The notes below the pieces were generated by a model. It did not search any database. It worked only from the letters and a program-made list of their open reading frames with translations, and had not been told where the DNA came from. Position numbers and translations under genes: made by a program. A stretch of DNA of 64,000 nucleotides from Camelus ferus. Its lineage: Eukaryota. The stretch is from positions 29,698,001 through 29,762,000 of the forward strand of contig NC_045716.1 of NCBI RefSeq assembly GCF_009834535.1. Direction: 5' to 3'. Below are positions 1-29,264 of the stretch, one piece after another (the stretch's first letter is position 1; each line of letters opens with the position of its first letter).

Positions 1-229
1 ACCAGAAGAGATGCAGGAGCCCAGAGGGCTGGCACCACGGAGCTTGGGGTCCTGGCTGCGAAGTGACCAGACTCTGGTGGAGAAGCCTGGGGCCTCTCCG
101 GCTGGGTCATGCCTGGGCTGGCACTTGTCCAGCCAGGGAGAGGGCGAGTGTGAGGGCCTTCCCAGGGAGGCCATGAGTTGAGAGGGACCCCGGGAGAGCG
201 AAGACCCTTTCCTGCTTCCTGGCAGGACG

Positions 230-1183
230 ATGCCTGTGCTTGGCCCCCAGAGGAGGCTGCTGGGCTCCCTCAACTCCACCCCCCAAGCCACCACCCACCT
301 TGGACTGGCCACCAACCAGACGGGGCCCCAGTGCCTGGAGGTGTCTGTTCCCGATGGGCTGTTCCTCAGCCTGGGGCTGGTGAGCCTCGTGGAGAACGTG
401 CTGGTGGTGGCTGCCATCACGAAGAACCGCAACCTGCATTCTCCCATGTATTACTTCATCTGCTGCCTGGCCGCGTCGGACCTGCTGGTGAGCATGAGCA
501 ACGTGCTGGAGACGGCCGTCATGCTGCTGCTGGAGGCTGGCGCCCTGGCCACACGGGCTACGGTGGTGCAGCAGCTGGACAATGTCATGGATGTGCTCAT
601 CTGCGGCTCCATGGTGTCCAGCCTCTGCTCTCTGGGCGCTATCGCTGTGGACCGCTACATCTCCGTCTTCTACGCACTGCGCTACCACAGCATCGTGACG
701 CTGCCTCGGGCATGGCGGGCCATCGCGGCCATCTGGGTGGCCAGCGTCCTCTCCAGCACCCTCTTCATCACCTACTATGATCACACAGCCGTCCTCCTCT
801 GTCTTGTCAGCTTTTTTGTAGCCATGCTGGCGCTCATGGCGGTGCTGTATGTCCACATGCTGGCCCGGGCGTGCCAGCATGCCCGGGGCATCGCCCGGCT
901 CCACAAGAGGCAGTGCCCCATCCACCAGGGCTTCGGCCTCAAGGGCGTGGCCACGCTCACCATCCTGCTGGGCATCTTTCTCCTCTGCTGGGGCCCCTTC
1001 TTCCTGCACCTTTTCCTCATCGTCCTCTGTCCTCAGCACCCCACCTGTGGCTGCATCTTCAAGAATTTCAACCTCTTCCTTGCCCTCATCATCTGCAACT
1101 CCATCGTGGACCCCCTCATCTATGCCTTCCGCAGCCAGGAGCTCCGGAAGACACTCCAAGAGGTGCTGCAGTGCTCCTGGTGA
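230..1183 (+). CDS. MC1R: Melanocortin 1 receptor (317 aa, intronless class A GPCR)
   Basis: Single [18 protein letters not shown]...LQCSW with [18 protein letters not shown] and DPLIY motifs. Length equals mammalian MC1R; lies upstream of TUBB3 as in other mammals. Confidence 0.99.
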   Translation: MPVLGPQRRLLGSLNSTPQATTHLGLATNQTGPQCLEVSVPDGLFLSLGLVSLVENVLVVAAITKNRNLHSPMYYFICCLAASDLLVSMSNVLETAVMLLLEAGALATRATVVQQLDNVMDVLICGSMVSSLCSLGAIAVDRYISVFYALRYHSIVTLPRAWRAIAAIWVASVLSSTLFITYYDHTAVLLCLVSFFVAMLALMAVLYVHMLARACQHARGIARLHKRQCPIHQGFGLKGVATLTILLGIFLLCWGPFFLHLFLIVLCPQHPTCGCIFKNFNLFLALIICNSIVDPLIYAFRSQELRKTLQEVLQCSW

Positions 1184-1764
1184 GGGGTGGTCTGCGCGAT
1201 CAAGCCCGGCTGCTGGGCAGAGGGAGGTGGTGCTATCTGGTGGCCTGACTCCCGTGTGCTGGGGCAGTTACTTGGCAATGAGGACAGGCTTGGTCATCTC
1301 TGAAGGTGTGGAGGCACAGACCCTCTGGGGCCTGAGAGAGGGATAGCATGAATCTCCAGGAAGAGCTGCGGGGAATGGAGGCAGCTGGGGAGAAGGTGGG
1401 GCTGCAGGCACCGGGCAGGCAGGGGGCTTGTGGACACTCTCCCCACACCTGGGGAGCTCCACCTCTGTCCAGAGACCTGTGGCACCCACCTTCGCTGCCG
1501 GCTCTGGGGACTGTGCCCCACACACTGGGATGTGAGCTGTGTGAGACTTCTGTTTCCAACAAGGGCCTCAGGGGAAGGAAGAAGGGGCAGGGCTTCAGTG
1601 GGAGAGTGGGGCTTCTCTATGCTAAGAATCAGTAGGGACCAGAGAACCGGGGCTGAGCCTGCCTGTCTGTACCACACACACGGGGGAGACGGTGCCAGCC
1701 AACTCCTGCTCAGGCTGAAGTAGGGGCCAGTACCCAGTCCCTCAGGGCCAGAAAGCAGTCTGGT

Positions 1765-1770
1765 AATAAA
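1765..1770 (+). terminator. Probable MC1R polyadenylation signal AATAAA
   Basis: AATAAA about 580 nt after the MC1R stop, followed by a T/GT-rich tract. Confidence 0.6.
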
Positions 1771-4047
1771 TGCTATGTTTGGCGCAGCCTCTTTCCAGAA
1801 GTTGCTTGAAGCTTGAGGCCTGGGAGGAGTTGGGGGCAGGGGGGAAGGGGAGAGAATTAAGTCCAAGAAGCCAGCCAGAAACCAAGGCTGGCCTGCCCAG
1901 GTGATGGAAGCCCAGCCCCAAGGGCCTGAGGACCCCAGTCACACCTACTCCATCCCATATCTGCTTCTTCTCTGGGATGCCAACCCCAGCCCAGTGCAAC
2001 TAGAGTCAGAGGCTGCAGCTCCCCTGCCCCCAGTCACCTCCAGGGTGACAAGACTCAGCAGAAGCAGTATCACCATGACCCATGTGGCCAGAAAATGTCC
2101 CTTTCTCTGCCCGGTCCTACAGCCCCTCCTCTATGTCTGCTCCAAGGTGTCCTGGGGGTCCCACGCTGCAGGGTGGCCCTGTGGATGGGGTCTGCTCTCC
2201 TCCAAGCACTGCCCTTCTGGGAGAAGGCTAAGTGTTCAGCCAGCCCTGGGAGGTGTAAGGCAAGGCCCCCCAGAACAGAGTCAGGCTGTCCAGGGCTGCA
2301 GGGGGTCCAAGCCCCAAGGGAGTGGGCATCTGGGCTGGACTATGCTGCCTGGTGCTGGGAGCCTCTGGGTCCTCCCTCTGCTGCAACCCTGGGCTGAGTT
2401 CCCACCCAGTTCCCCCACAGGCACAGTGTATGGTCGAACCCCTTCCTGGTACAGGATCAGTGGAGGAAAAGTGAGGTATCGGCCAGCTTCAAGGCAGGTC
2501 TGGTAATACCTGCAGCCCCCTGGCCAGCCACCCAGCTCTGTTTCAACCAGTCCCCACCCCACCCACACCCGCAGCTCCAGCCCTGCCTGCTGGCCTCAGG
2601 GCTGGGAGCTGGTTCCCGGCAGGGCAGCCTTTGCTGGGAGACAGGACGATGAGTCAGCCTCGAGCCGGAGCCGGCACCAGAGCCCTCTGGGGATGGAGGG
2701 GAGCTGGCCTGGCCCAATGCCTTCCCAGAGGCAGGCAGGAAGGGTGAGGGGCCCTGGCTGACAGGATGCAAAGATTCTTCCTTTGCTCAATAGGGAGGCA
2801 CAGCCAGCTCCAGGGAAAAGTGCTCACCAGGACCCCCTGAACGGGGGCAGGGAGGGGCTCAAGGCAGCTGGAAGCCAACCACAGAAAGCCACCTCACAGA
2901 GACGTTGTGGGGGAGGGGAGTCTCTTGAGAACAAAAGACCCATTTCTAGACTTGCCAAACTGGGGAGCTTCAAGACGGGAAAAGGAGGGGCGCGTACACA
3001 GCTACACCACTCCAGCACGGTCTGAGCATGCAGACTGCACAGGTGACTGCTTGGGGACATCTGGACGCTGTGGCTGAGTCCCTCCCTGAAGATCTGTTGC
3101 CCAAGTAACAGAAGAACCTTATGGTGGATGTTTTCACTATAACGTCTGCCCCCGAGAGGATGTTAAGCCAGTGGTATTGTCGAGTCAGCTGCCTGTCCCC
3201 TTCACTCCCTCCCTTCTTTTCTGACCAGTGGACTCTCTCTTTCTCATTTTTTTTCCTCTAAGACCCCAGCCTTATGCACAAACCATCTCCCTACATAGCC
3301 CCACCCCACTCCACCAAATTTCACTGGCTTCACTTGGACCAAGACTTCAGCAGTACAAGCGACACTGGGGAGTGAGTCAGACAGAAAACACTGCTCACCT
3401 CCCACCAACCTTGCCACTTCTGTGACTGGCTTGTGTCCTGATGGCAATTGCCGACATCAGTGTTCACTGAGCAGCAGCTACATGCCAGGTGCTGAGCCTG
3501 GCAGGGGTGCAGAGCATCCCCACATGCAAGGTCCATTTGGAACCTCATAGCAGCCCCCTGGGGAAGAAGGGGGGTATTCCCTACTGCAGAGGAGAGTGAA
3601 GCTCAGGGCTTTCATAGCAACCCGGCGCCACCCTTCTGCACACGCAGCCCTGCTGACTCAGGCGTTTGGAGCCTTGCCCCATGTTTTCTTCCTCCTCAAT
3701 ATTTCAGTGCCTGTTGTAGCCTTTTCCTGCCTCCCCCACCCCACAGAGATCCGCCAAAGCTCAGAGTACCTTGTCTGTCCCTTCTCGACACAGGACAGGG
3801 AGCTGGGAGGCGTTCATGTTGGCCTTTTGGGGTGGGAAGATGGGGTTGTTCCCTAAATGGGTGTGGACAAGAAAGACTCTCCTCGTAAAGCCGAGGAGTG
3901 AGGCTGCCGCTTGGGTGGGGTAGGGTGAGCAGCGGGGGCAGGTGCCGACGGCCAAGGGGGGCTTCTATTGTCCTCCCTGGAGCTCGCCAGCCCCTCCTTT
4001 CGGGTGCGCGGGGCCCCCGGACCCCGCCCCCGGGGCCCCCAGACCCG

Positions 4048-4074
4048 GGCGGCGGCGGCGGCGGCGGCGGCGGC
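4048..4074 (+). repeat. (GGC)9 trinucleotide repeat in TUBB3 promoter
   Basis: Nine perfect GGC units read directly. Confidence 0.95.
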
Positions 4075-4305
4075 GGGAGGAGGTGCTGCAGCTTGCGGTC
4101 GAGCGGGGATGCGCGGTGCTGATGCTGCAGCGCCCTGCCGCATTTTGCGGCGGCGTCCGCGGATTGGCCCAGCGCGGTGACGCCAGGCCGGGCGCGGCGG
4201 GCGGGGTCCAGCCTATAAGAGCGGGCGGAGGGGGCGGCAGATCCTCCGCAGCCAGCCCTGTCCAGTCCGCGCGCGTCCTGCAGCCGCCCGCCACACGCAC
4301 CGAGC

Positions 4306-12546
<8,241 letters not shown>

Positions 12547-12855
12547 AGCAGCTGGAGGGGTGGGATGTGGCCGCGGCCAGGACCAAGAGGTCTGTCCCCA
12601 GAGCCATGAAGCCACTGACACCCCCCCCACCCCCACCAGGTCAAGTCGCATCACCCTAGGGCTCCCGAGTGTTCGTCCTTCAGTATCTACAGCATCCCCG
12701 CCCTGCGTGAGTCCACTTGGCTCAGTCTTCTGCCATAGGTCATTTCCATTTTTGTGTGACCCGTTTGTCTCTCTGCTTTACTGTCAGCTCCAGGCCTGAT
12801 GTTTTATGGCTTTTTCCTTTCGACTGGTTTGTGTTTATATTTTGGGGGGATACTT

Positions 12856-12861
12856 AATAAA
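12856..12861 (+). terminator. TUBB3 polyadenylation signal AATAAA
   Basis: AATAAA about 310 nt after the stop, preceded by a U-rich 3' UTR tract. Confidence 0.8.
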
Positions 12862-13500
12862 TTTATTGCTGTCAGACACCCTTGCCTGGTGCTGGAGATT
12901 TCTTCTCATTCTGGAAAGTTGGGGCCAGAGGGGTGAAAAGGGGCAGACAGGGAGGCCCAGTGGAGGTAGGGGGGAAGGCCAAGTGTCATTGTCTCCCAGG
13001 TGGGGCTGGGACAGGCACAGCCCCTGGGGAGCGCCTGGAAGTGGTGTTGGAGAAGGGATGGGCACCATTCCAGAATCTCAGATGTGCTCTCAGGTGACTT
13101 GGGGACAATCCCTAGTCCCCTCCAGGGTGACTCACACTGTAGGACTCTCCTCTGGCTTATCCGTGTGCTGGCTGTTAGAGGCAGGCAGCCCAAGACCCAG
13201 TGGGAGGTAGGAAGGGGGGGATCTTGGGAACTTCCCCCTGAAAAATGTTCTGTATCTGAGGGTTGGGGCTTCAGCCCTGGGGAAGGGCTGGTGGGGACAG
13301 CAAGTTACAGCCACACCCCCAGGAGCAGGCTGGGCTCTGAGGAATGGTCTGTCTCCTGCGCCCCCCTGGTGGTCATTTCCTGTGTCTGCAATGAGCCTGG
13401 TGTCCAGCTGGAAGGGGCTCACCTGGCTTCCCCTCTCCTCCTACAAGGAAAGAAGTGGGTTCCCAGAGAGGCGCTGGCTGCCTGGGGCCCATGTGAGCCT

Positions 13501-13552
13501 TCGCAGAGCTGGGTGGGCCCAGACCCTCGCAGAGCTGGGTGGGCCCAGACCC
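13501..13552 (+). repeat. Perfect 26-bp tandem duplication (TCGCAGAGCTGGGTGGGCCCAGACCC x2)
   Basis: Copies at 13501-13526 and 13527-13552. Confidence 0.95.
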
Positions 13553-16019
13553 TCTCCACCAGCCTCCCCACATGCACCCCACTCCTCGAAGCCCCTGGGT
13601 CTCATCAAGCCCAGCTCCCACTGGGACACAAAAGCACGCCTGCACCTCTATGTGGATACCTGTGCAGAAGGGAGGTTGATGGGGCTGATCTAGACCAGGG
13701 AACTGAAGCTCTGAGAGGCTCACATCCAAGGCTCTGGTCCCGATGCAGTCCGAGTCCACCAGGAGCTGGTCCCAGGCCAGCTCTAAGCCTACCACACCTG
13801 CTACACTCACCCACCTCGCACAGGAGGTGACCACGTTACAGTGTGTGTGACTGTTGTGTGTGGGGGTTTGAGTCCCGTGCTGGTCCCTTCCCACTGTATA
13901 ATGAAGGCCCCGACCCCACATCCACAGGGGCCTCACAAGGCTGCTGCCTCCACACATTTGGGAGGGGGAAGGGGTGTCTGCAGCTCAGGTTCTCAGATGG
14001 CTCCGTGACCCCAAAAGAGGTGAGATGCCCATGAGTGTCCATGCTGGCCCTGGGTCCATGGTCTTATGGTCTTACCCGGCCTCTCCTGAGAGCTCAAGAT
14101 ATGTACCTCATTTAACCTCTACAAGGAGGTCACAAGGTTCCCAGGCAAAGCAACGAGTCTCAAAGAACTGAGGTGTCTGCCTGTTGGCAGAGCCGAGCCA
14201 GTGTCCGGCCCTCTGTATACCTTTCTTTTTTGCTTAAAGAGACCCCAAATCACATTTCCTTCCTAAGCACCTACATCCATGAGAACTTTGTCCTACTCAC
14301 ATCACTCAGATGAAGCTGGTCTCCTTGGGCCATCCTGGCTTCTCCCCTGGACCACAGCCCAGCCCCAGCACTAACGTGCAGTGTAGACTGTGCTGGCAGG
14401 GGTCTGGGGAGGCAGCCAGCACGTCCAGCCCCGAGGACATCTCTGCTGTTCCCCAGAGTTCCTCTCCACGTGAGGGGCCTCACTCCTTCTTTCTCCAGCC
14501 CTCCCTCCCCTCCTTATGCTGGTCCTCCCTTGATGGGGGCCTCTAGCTCCCTTTCTCATGGGGGGCAGTTTAGTTCTCCTGTCTTCCTCAATCACGTCCT
14601 CACTCCTTACCCCTACACGGCAGACATGCCCTGGGCTCTGAGTGAATTCCTAGCCCATGGCATCCCTGAGCATGAATAATGGCTGTGCTTTATGTCCCCG
14701 CACTCCAGAGTGGGTTGTCACGCACACCTGGAAGCAGGAACACATGTGGAAAGCGGCTAACAGCGTGTGGCACATTACAGGAGCCCAAAGTGTTAGCTCT
14801 TGTATGTCTGTTATTATCACTGAGGGGACTTTGTCTGCATGGGGTACGTGGGCTCTAGGGGGCAGAAGAAGCCAACTTAAGGGCCAGTCAGTCTCAAATG
14901 AAACTCCCAGAAGGGCTCCGACTGGCCCTGCGCCATCAAGGACCGCACTGGCCCCTTTGCCCTAAGGCCCACCTGTCCCTTTCAGGCTGGATGAAGAGCC
15001 ATGGGTGTCCAGACCAGGTACACCCAGGCACCACCCTGCACCCTCTGCCTGGCGGGTACTTGGGGTGCTCAGGGGCCAGGAGGAGGCCTCACTCTCGGGG
15101 GTAGGGCTGCCAGAGCCAACACAGGATGCCCAGTCACACTGGAATTTCAGGTAAAGAATGGGTAACATACCACGTGGGGACATGTTTATACCGAGCACTG
15201 ATTCCTCAGTTACGAAGTCTGGTGATCCTAGACTGGGGCACCCAGCAGCTGCGCAACTGGGCCTGTCCTGGGAGCCAGGCATCCCAGGTGCCTCTCCATA
15301 CTGAACTCTTCATCCAGCAGGTTACATGTCAGGACAAACTTGTGAGGCAGATGTTTACAGATGAAGAAACCGAGGCTTGGAGACAGACCCCGCCGCAAGG
15401 GGCAGGGCCACAGTCTGAATGGAGGAAATGGGAACTGAGTCACCAAGGTTCCCACCTCCCCTGGGGACAATGACAGCCTGAGAAGGGGGACAAGGAGTGT
15501 CGAATGGAGACGACCTTCACCTCTGCCCCTAAATATGTGACAGGTCACTTCCCCTCTCTAGGGCACATTCCCCAGCTGCAAAGAACACGTCCCACTTGTA
15601 TTTCGGGAGTCAGAATTCCAGATAGATTCATTTGAAAGAAGACTGCTGATCTGCAAGTTCTTTGAAAGCTACTTGCTCAGATAATAATAAATGAGGGAGG
15701 ACACAGACTGAATGCAGATGAAGCCCAGCCTGCAGAGGTCACCAGGGGCGGGTGTCACTGCCAGCACAGGTGTGAGGTGGGGTAGGGTCCTGGGGAGCAG
15801 AGGGTGAGCCAGGGCTGCATGGGTTTGGGGGAAGGGTGGGGTCAGGCAGAGCTGAAGTTAATCAGGTCCCTGTGGCCTGGGTGTGGCGACATCCACCCCA
15901 GATCAAGACTTGGGGGCTGACCAGCATTCCATTTCCCAGGGAGCTGCAGGATTAAAGTAGATGTGGACGTTTGAGTGGAAACCCTCTACTGAAGCCCCCA
16001 CCTGGGCTTCCCTGGTCCA

Positions 16020-16460
16020 AGTGACCACGTGACCCAGATGCTCCAGGCAGGAGCCCGGGGCGGGACGCACAGACTCCAGCCGGCGTGTCGTGAGCCTCCC
16101 GGCCGCAGGTGGCAGCAGCGGGTGGCAGCGGAGACTCCGCAGCGAGGGCGGCAGGGCGGATACAACGTAGCGAGGTGGGCAATGGATACAATGTAGCGAG
16201 GGCAGCGACAGGTGAGCCGCGGACGGTGGAGCGCGGGTGACTGGGGGAGCGGCGGGGGTCTGGGTGGAGGGAACGGGGACGCTCGGCCCTGGAGCTCACT
16301 CGACCCGCCGCGCCTGGAGCTCGGGGAGCCTCCTCTCCTGACGCGGACACCACACCGGGGAGCAGGGGTGAGGGATCCATTCAAGGCTCCGGCCCCGGCG
16401 CAAAGCAGGATTCAGACCCACTGGGTCCTTACCCGGGCGCAGAGCTGCACCGCACTCCGT
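16020..16460 (+). promoter_or_regulatory. DEF8 CpG-island promoter and non-coding first exon (donor CAG|GTGAGC at 16211/16212)
   Basis: CpG-rich patch between TUBB3 and the DEF8 coding exons, with an E-box CACGTG (16026-16031), a GC box and a strong 5' splice site. Confidence 0.7.
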
Positions 16461-18039
16461 TCGGACAGGGTTTAGTGGGGAACTGGCCCCCTTCAGATGA
16501 CACTGTCACCGTTTCCGGCAGTCAGCTGTCTGTGGGATCCATGAGGCCTGAGGGGACACCCATGGCCGTCCCATCCTGAGCTGGTGCTGGGCTGCTTGGC
16601 CTGTCTCCTCATCTATGAAATGGGCGGACATGGTGCAAGGGACCTGCCCCCATGTGGAGCCAGTTAGCAAGGGTCCCCAGAGTGTATGATGTAGTTGTTG
16701 TGGGTGAAGCCGGGGGAGGTCGGTTTTGGGGCGGCTCCTCCCTGAGGCGGGGGTGGACACGCTGCTAGGTTTCAGTGGCAAACAACCCCCCTTTAAGGGA
16801 CAGTATACACTGCCTTGCTCCCTGCGGGTCTCAGCAGGCCTCCCTCCAGGTATGAGCTGACAGGATGTACCTTCTCCCCAGCGCTCTCCAGGGAGAAGTC
16901 TAGGGGCCTCTGGTGGCAGCTGGGGTGATGGCAGGACCTCTTGGTGGCCACAGAACATGGGAGAACATGGAGGCAGAACACGGGAGGTTGGTTCGAGCAC
17001 AGCTGAGCTTCAATCCAATGTCCCTTCATGCGCTGGGAGCTTTATTCTGGGGCTGCCTTTCATTGCCAAGTGCAGTCCTTGTCCCTGTGCTAGGAGGTCT
17101 CCAGAGGAGTCAGACAGTGGAAGAGTGGGTTTCCTCCATTCCCCTCACTTTGCACCTTCCTGCCTGCTCCTCTCTGAGGCCAAGCCTGAACTCTGGGTGC
17201 AGGGCCCTCTGTGGGCTGAGCCTGGTGGGGTGGTGAAGGTTGCTGGTGTTTTCCTCAAAGTCAGCTGCTGCAGACTGCATCTGCTGGTCCCAGGTGTTAG
17301 GACATCATCTGCCTGCCCTCAGCAGCCCTAAAGGAAATTCTCCAACTTGGCAGGAGAGAAACTGAGGCTGGGAGAGGTCAAGTGACCCCATTCGTTCACT
17401 CATCCATGGCCTCTATGCCAGGCCTGGGACGGGCACTGCCCACCAGGAAGTTAATGAGAGGTGCTGCTACCAAGGGAGCTTGTGGGCCAGAGGAGAGCTG
17501 CTGGGAAGAGCAGAGGTGTTCTGCCTTCAAGCACCTCTGGCCGTGTTGTAAACCGCTGGAATGTTTCATGGGAGAAACCCCTGGCGGTGGCTCCTGCACC
17601 CTCCAGTCTCGTGGGGTTGGGCTGATTGTCACGTGATGTCAGAGACAGTTTGCTCTGCAGCAACTGTGGGTCACAGGCTTCACCGCCACATACAAGTGCT
17701 TGGTCCCTCCACCCGCTCCAGGAGGTAGACATCCCCCTTTTCCTATAGGCAAGGAAATGGAGTCATGTAGCTCGTCACTGGGAGAGGCAGACTTAAATCA
17801 GGGCTGTCTGATTCTTAGTAGTAACAATGATAAGGGTAAGTTGCAGCTGATACTTCTGTCCAGGGTACTCAGAACTTTGTGTTAACCTTGTGCAGCAGGA
17901 ACTATTATCATCCCTATTTGAAACATGAGAACTCAAATGCAAAAAAAGCTTTAGGCATTTGCCCAAGGTCACACAGCTAGGAGCTGATGGAGCTGGGAGT
18001 TGAATAGGGCCAATTTGTCTTATTACCACAAGGCTTTTG

Positions 18040-18350
18040 GGGTGATTGTTTAGATGGCAAGAGACAGAAATCCTCCTCCCAATAACAGTAGTTTAAACAG
18101 AAGTTTATTTCTGTCTCACTTAAATTAAGCCTAGAGTGAGCAGCTCAGGGCTTCTGTCACAGCCCAAAGTGGCTGCTCCAGCTCCACCCATTACATCTGC
18201 ATCCCACACAGCAAAAGGCAGGAAGAGCTGAACAGGGGCAGTCCCTCCTTTTAAGAACAATTACCAGGAGTCTCGAGATCTTTCTGTTCACATGCTATTG
18301 GTCAGAACATAGTCATATGACCACATCTAGCTACAGGGAGGCTGGGAAAT
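18040..18350. mobile_element. MaLR (MLT1-like) LTR remnant
   Basis: Recognised by eye: 'agtttatttctgtctcac...gctccagctccacccattacatc...ctattggtcagaacatagtcatatgaccacatctagctacagggaggctgggaaat'. Boundaries approximate. Confidence 0.55.
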
Positions 18351-18384
18351 CAAATGATGAGTAGAGAATCACAGTTCCCCACTG

Positions 18385-18800
18385 TCAGAGAAAAGCCAGA
18401 CCTGGTCAGTCATTAAAGCAGTGGAAACAGATTTTATTGCAATAGGAGAAATGAGACTGGTATAGAACTGAGCTCAACTCCAAATACAGCATCGGCAAAT
18501 GGGGATTTATTTACAGCCAAGCAGCACGTGGGGTCAGTGGATGGACAATTACTAAGAGGAATCATAAAGGGCCAGAGGAGGGATTCTGGCTAAACTGGCC
18601 TAACAGGATCTTTGCTGAAGGCTGGCCGGGGGTGATCAGACATCACCTGGGAGATGCTGGGGTGGGGGCGGTGAGGAACACGGTCAGATATGAGGGTGAT
18701 CAGATGTCACAGCGGGGGCTTAGCAGAGTTCTTGCTAAAACTGGGTTTTATAGGAAGTGCACCGATGGGCCAGGAGAAGGCTTGGGACCTGACTACAGCC
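18385..18800. mobile_element. ERV LTR-like fragment
   Basis: LTR-like composition with TTTATT signal and repeated 'gtgatcaga' motifs; family not determined. Confidence 0.4.
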
Positions 18801-20020
18801 TGGTTGAGCGAAAAGTCTTTGTCACCACTTGGGAAGAAGGGGTTAGTGAATATGGGGACAGCTGGGTCTCTCCTGTACTCCAGGTGATTCCTGGGACATG
18901 GTGGCCCCTGACACCTGGGGGGTGTTGGGCACTCTCTGTGAGCTGCCGAGAGGCATCACGTGATAAGAGAGGGGACTGGAGCCCATGGCACCTGTGTCCT
19001 CTTTTGTTTTGACCCAGGAGCATTCAGTCAATGGGTACTAGGTTCTACCAGACTGGAACTTCCAACCCACATCCCCACCACAGGAACCAGAGAGGTAGGA
19101 TGGGGCCCACAGGTGATATGGGAGTGCCTGCCCAGGTGCAGGGTGGCACTTGAGGGGGTGGGTGTGGGGTGACATTGAGCAGGGCCTTCCCCTCTGTTTC
19201 AGTTCTCCTTCTTTGGGGAGGGGCAGATAGGCGTCAGTGGGATTGCCTTTTATAATTACAAAGTATTTCAGACCGTAACCAGGTGTAGGGGAAGTAACTA
19301 ACACCTGTGCACTCAGTACAAAGGTTTTAAAAACATATGTCCAACCTCCTACGAGAGACGCTAAGGAATGTGGCTCACCTAGTGACGTAGGGGGACCTGG
19401 GTGGCAGACTCCACCAAAGCCCCTTCCTTCCCAGAGCCATCAGCCCTGTGTGTCTGCCGTTTGCTGAGCTCTGGGCAGGGAAAGCAGGGCTGGGTTGTGG
19501 ACCAGGTACTTCCTGCCTGTTTCCTGAGCTCATAAGCTGTGAGGCCATGCACTGGCTCAGGCCACGTGAGGTGTCAGTGGAAGCCCAGGCCAATGAAGTG
19601 CTGGCCTGGCCACACTGTGACAAAATATCTTTCAGGGGCCTTCTCCATGGGGCACGAGGACGTGGCCCTGCCCAAGGTCACACTGCTGGTGGCAGGGCAG
19701 GCCTGGGCTCTGGTGTCAGCACTGACCCTTCTGCTGGGAGGGCATGGCTGGACTGGGTCTGAGTGAGGCAAGTGGGATCAGAGGGTCCTGTGCTGGGGGC
19801 AAGGGTCCTGGGTTCCAGACTTCCTGGCTGGGCACCTTGGATAGGTCAAGTCCCTCTCCTAGCCCTGCTGGCCCCATCAGCGGGTCGGACTTCATTGCTC
19901 TTACTGAGGGGAGGCCACCCGTGGGAACCTGGGTGAGGGGCTGACGATGGAGGCTGTGGAGTGGAGGTGTTCCACCCAGACCCTCTTGAGGGAGTGAGAG
20001 GGGCCGGGCATCCCCTCTGA

Positions 20021-29264
<9,244 letters not shown>

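Noticed and set aside
107-1159. 350-aa antisense ORF and 200-aa alternative-frame ORF (178-780) over MC1R
   Set aside because: Shadow ORFs expected from GC-rich codon usage; no recognisable domain.
13501-13552. Direct repeats as CRISPR-like arrays (also 16158, 51702)
   Set aside because: Eukaryotic DNA, only two copies and no unique spacers.
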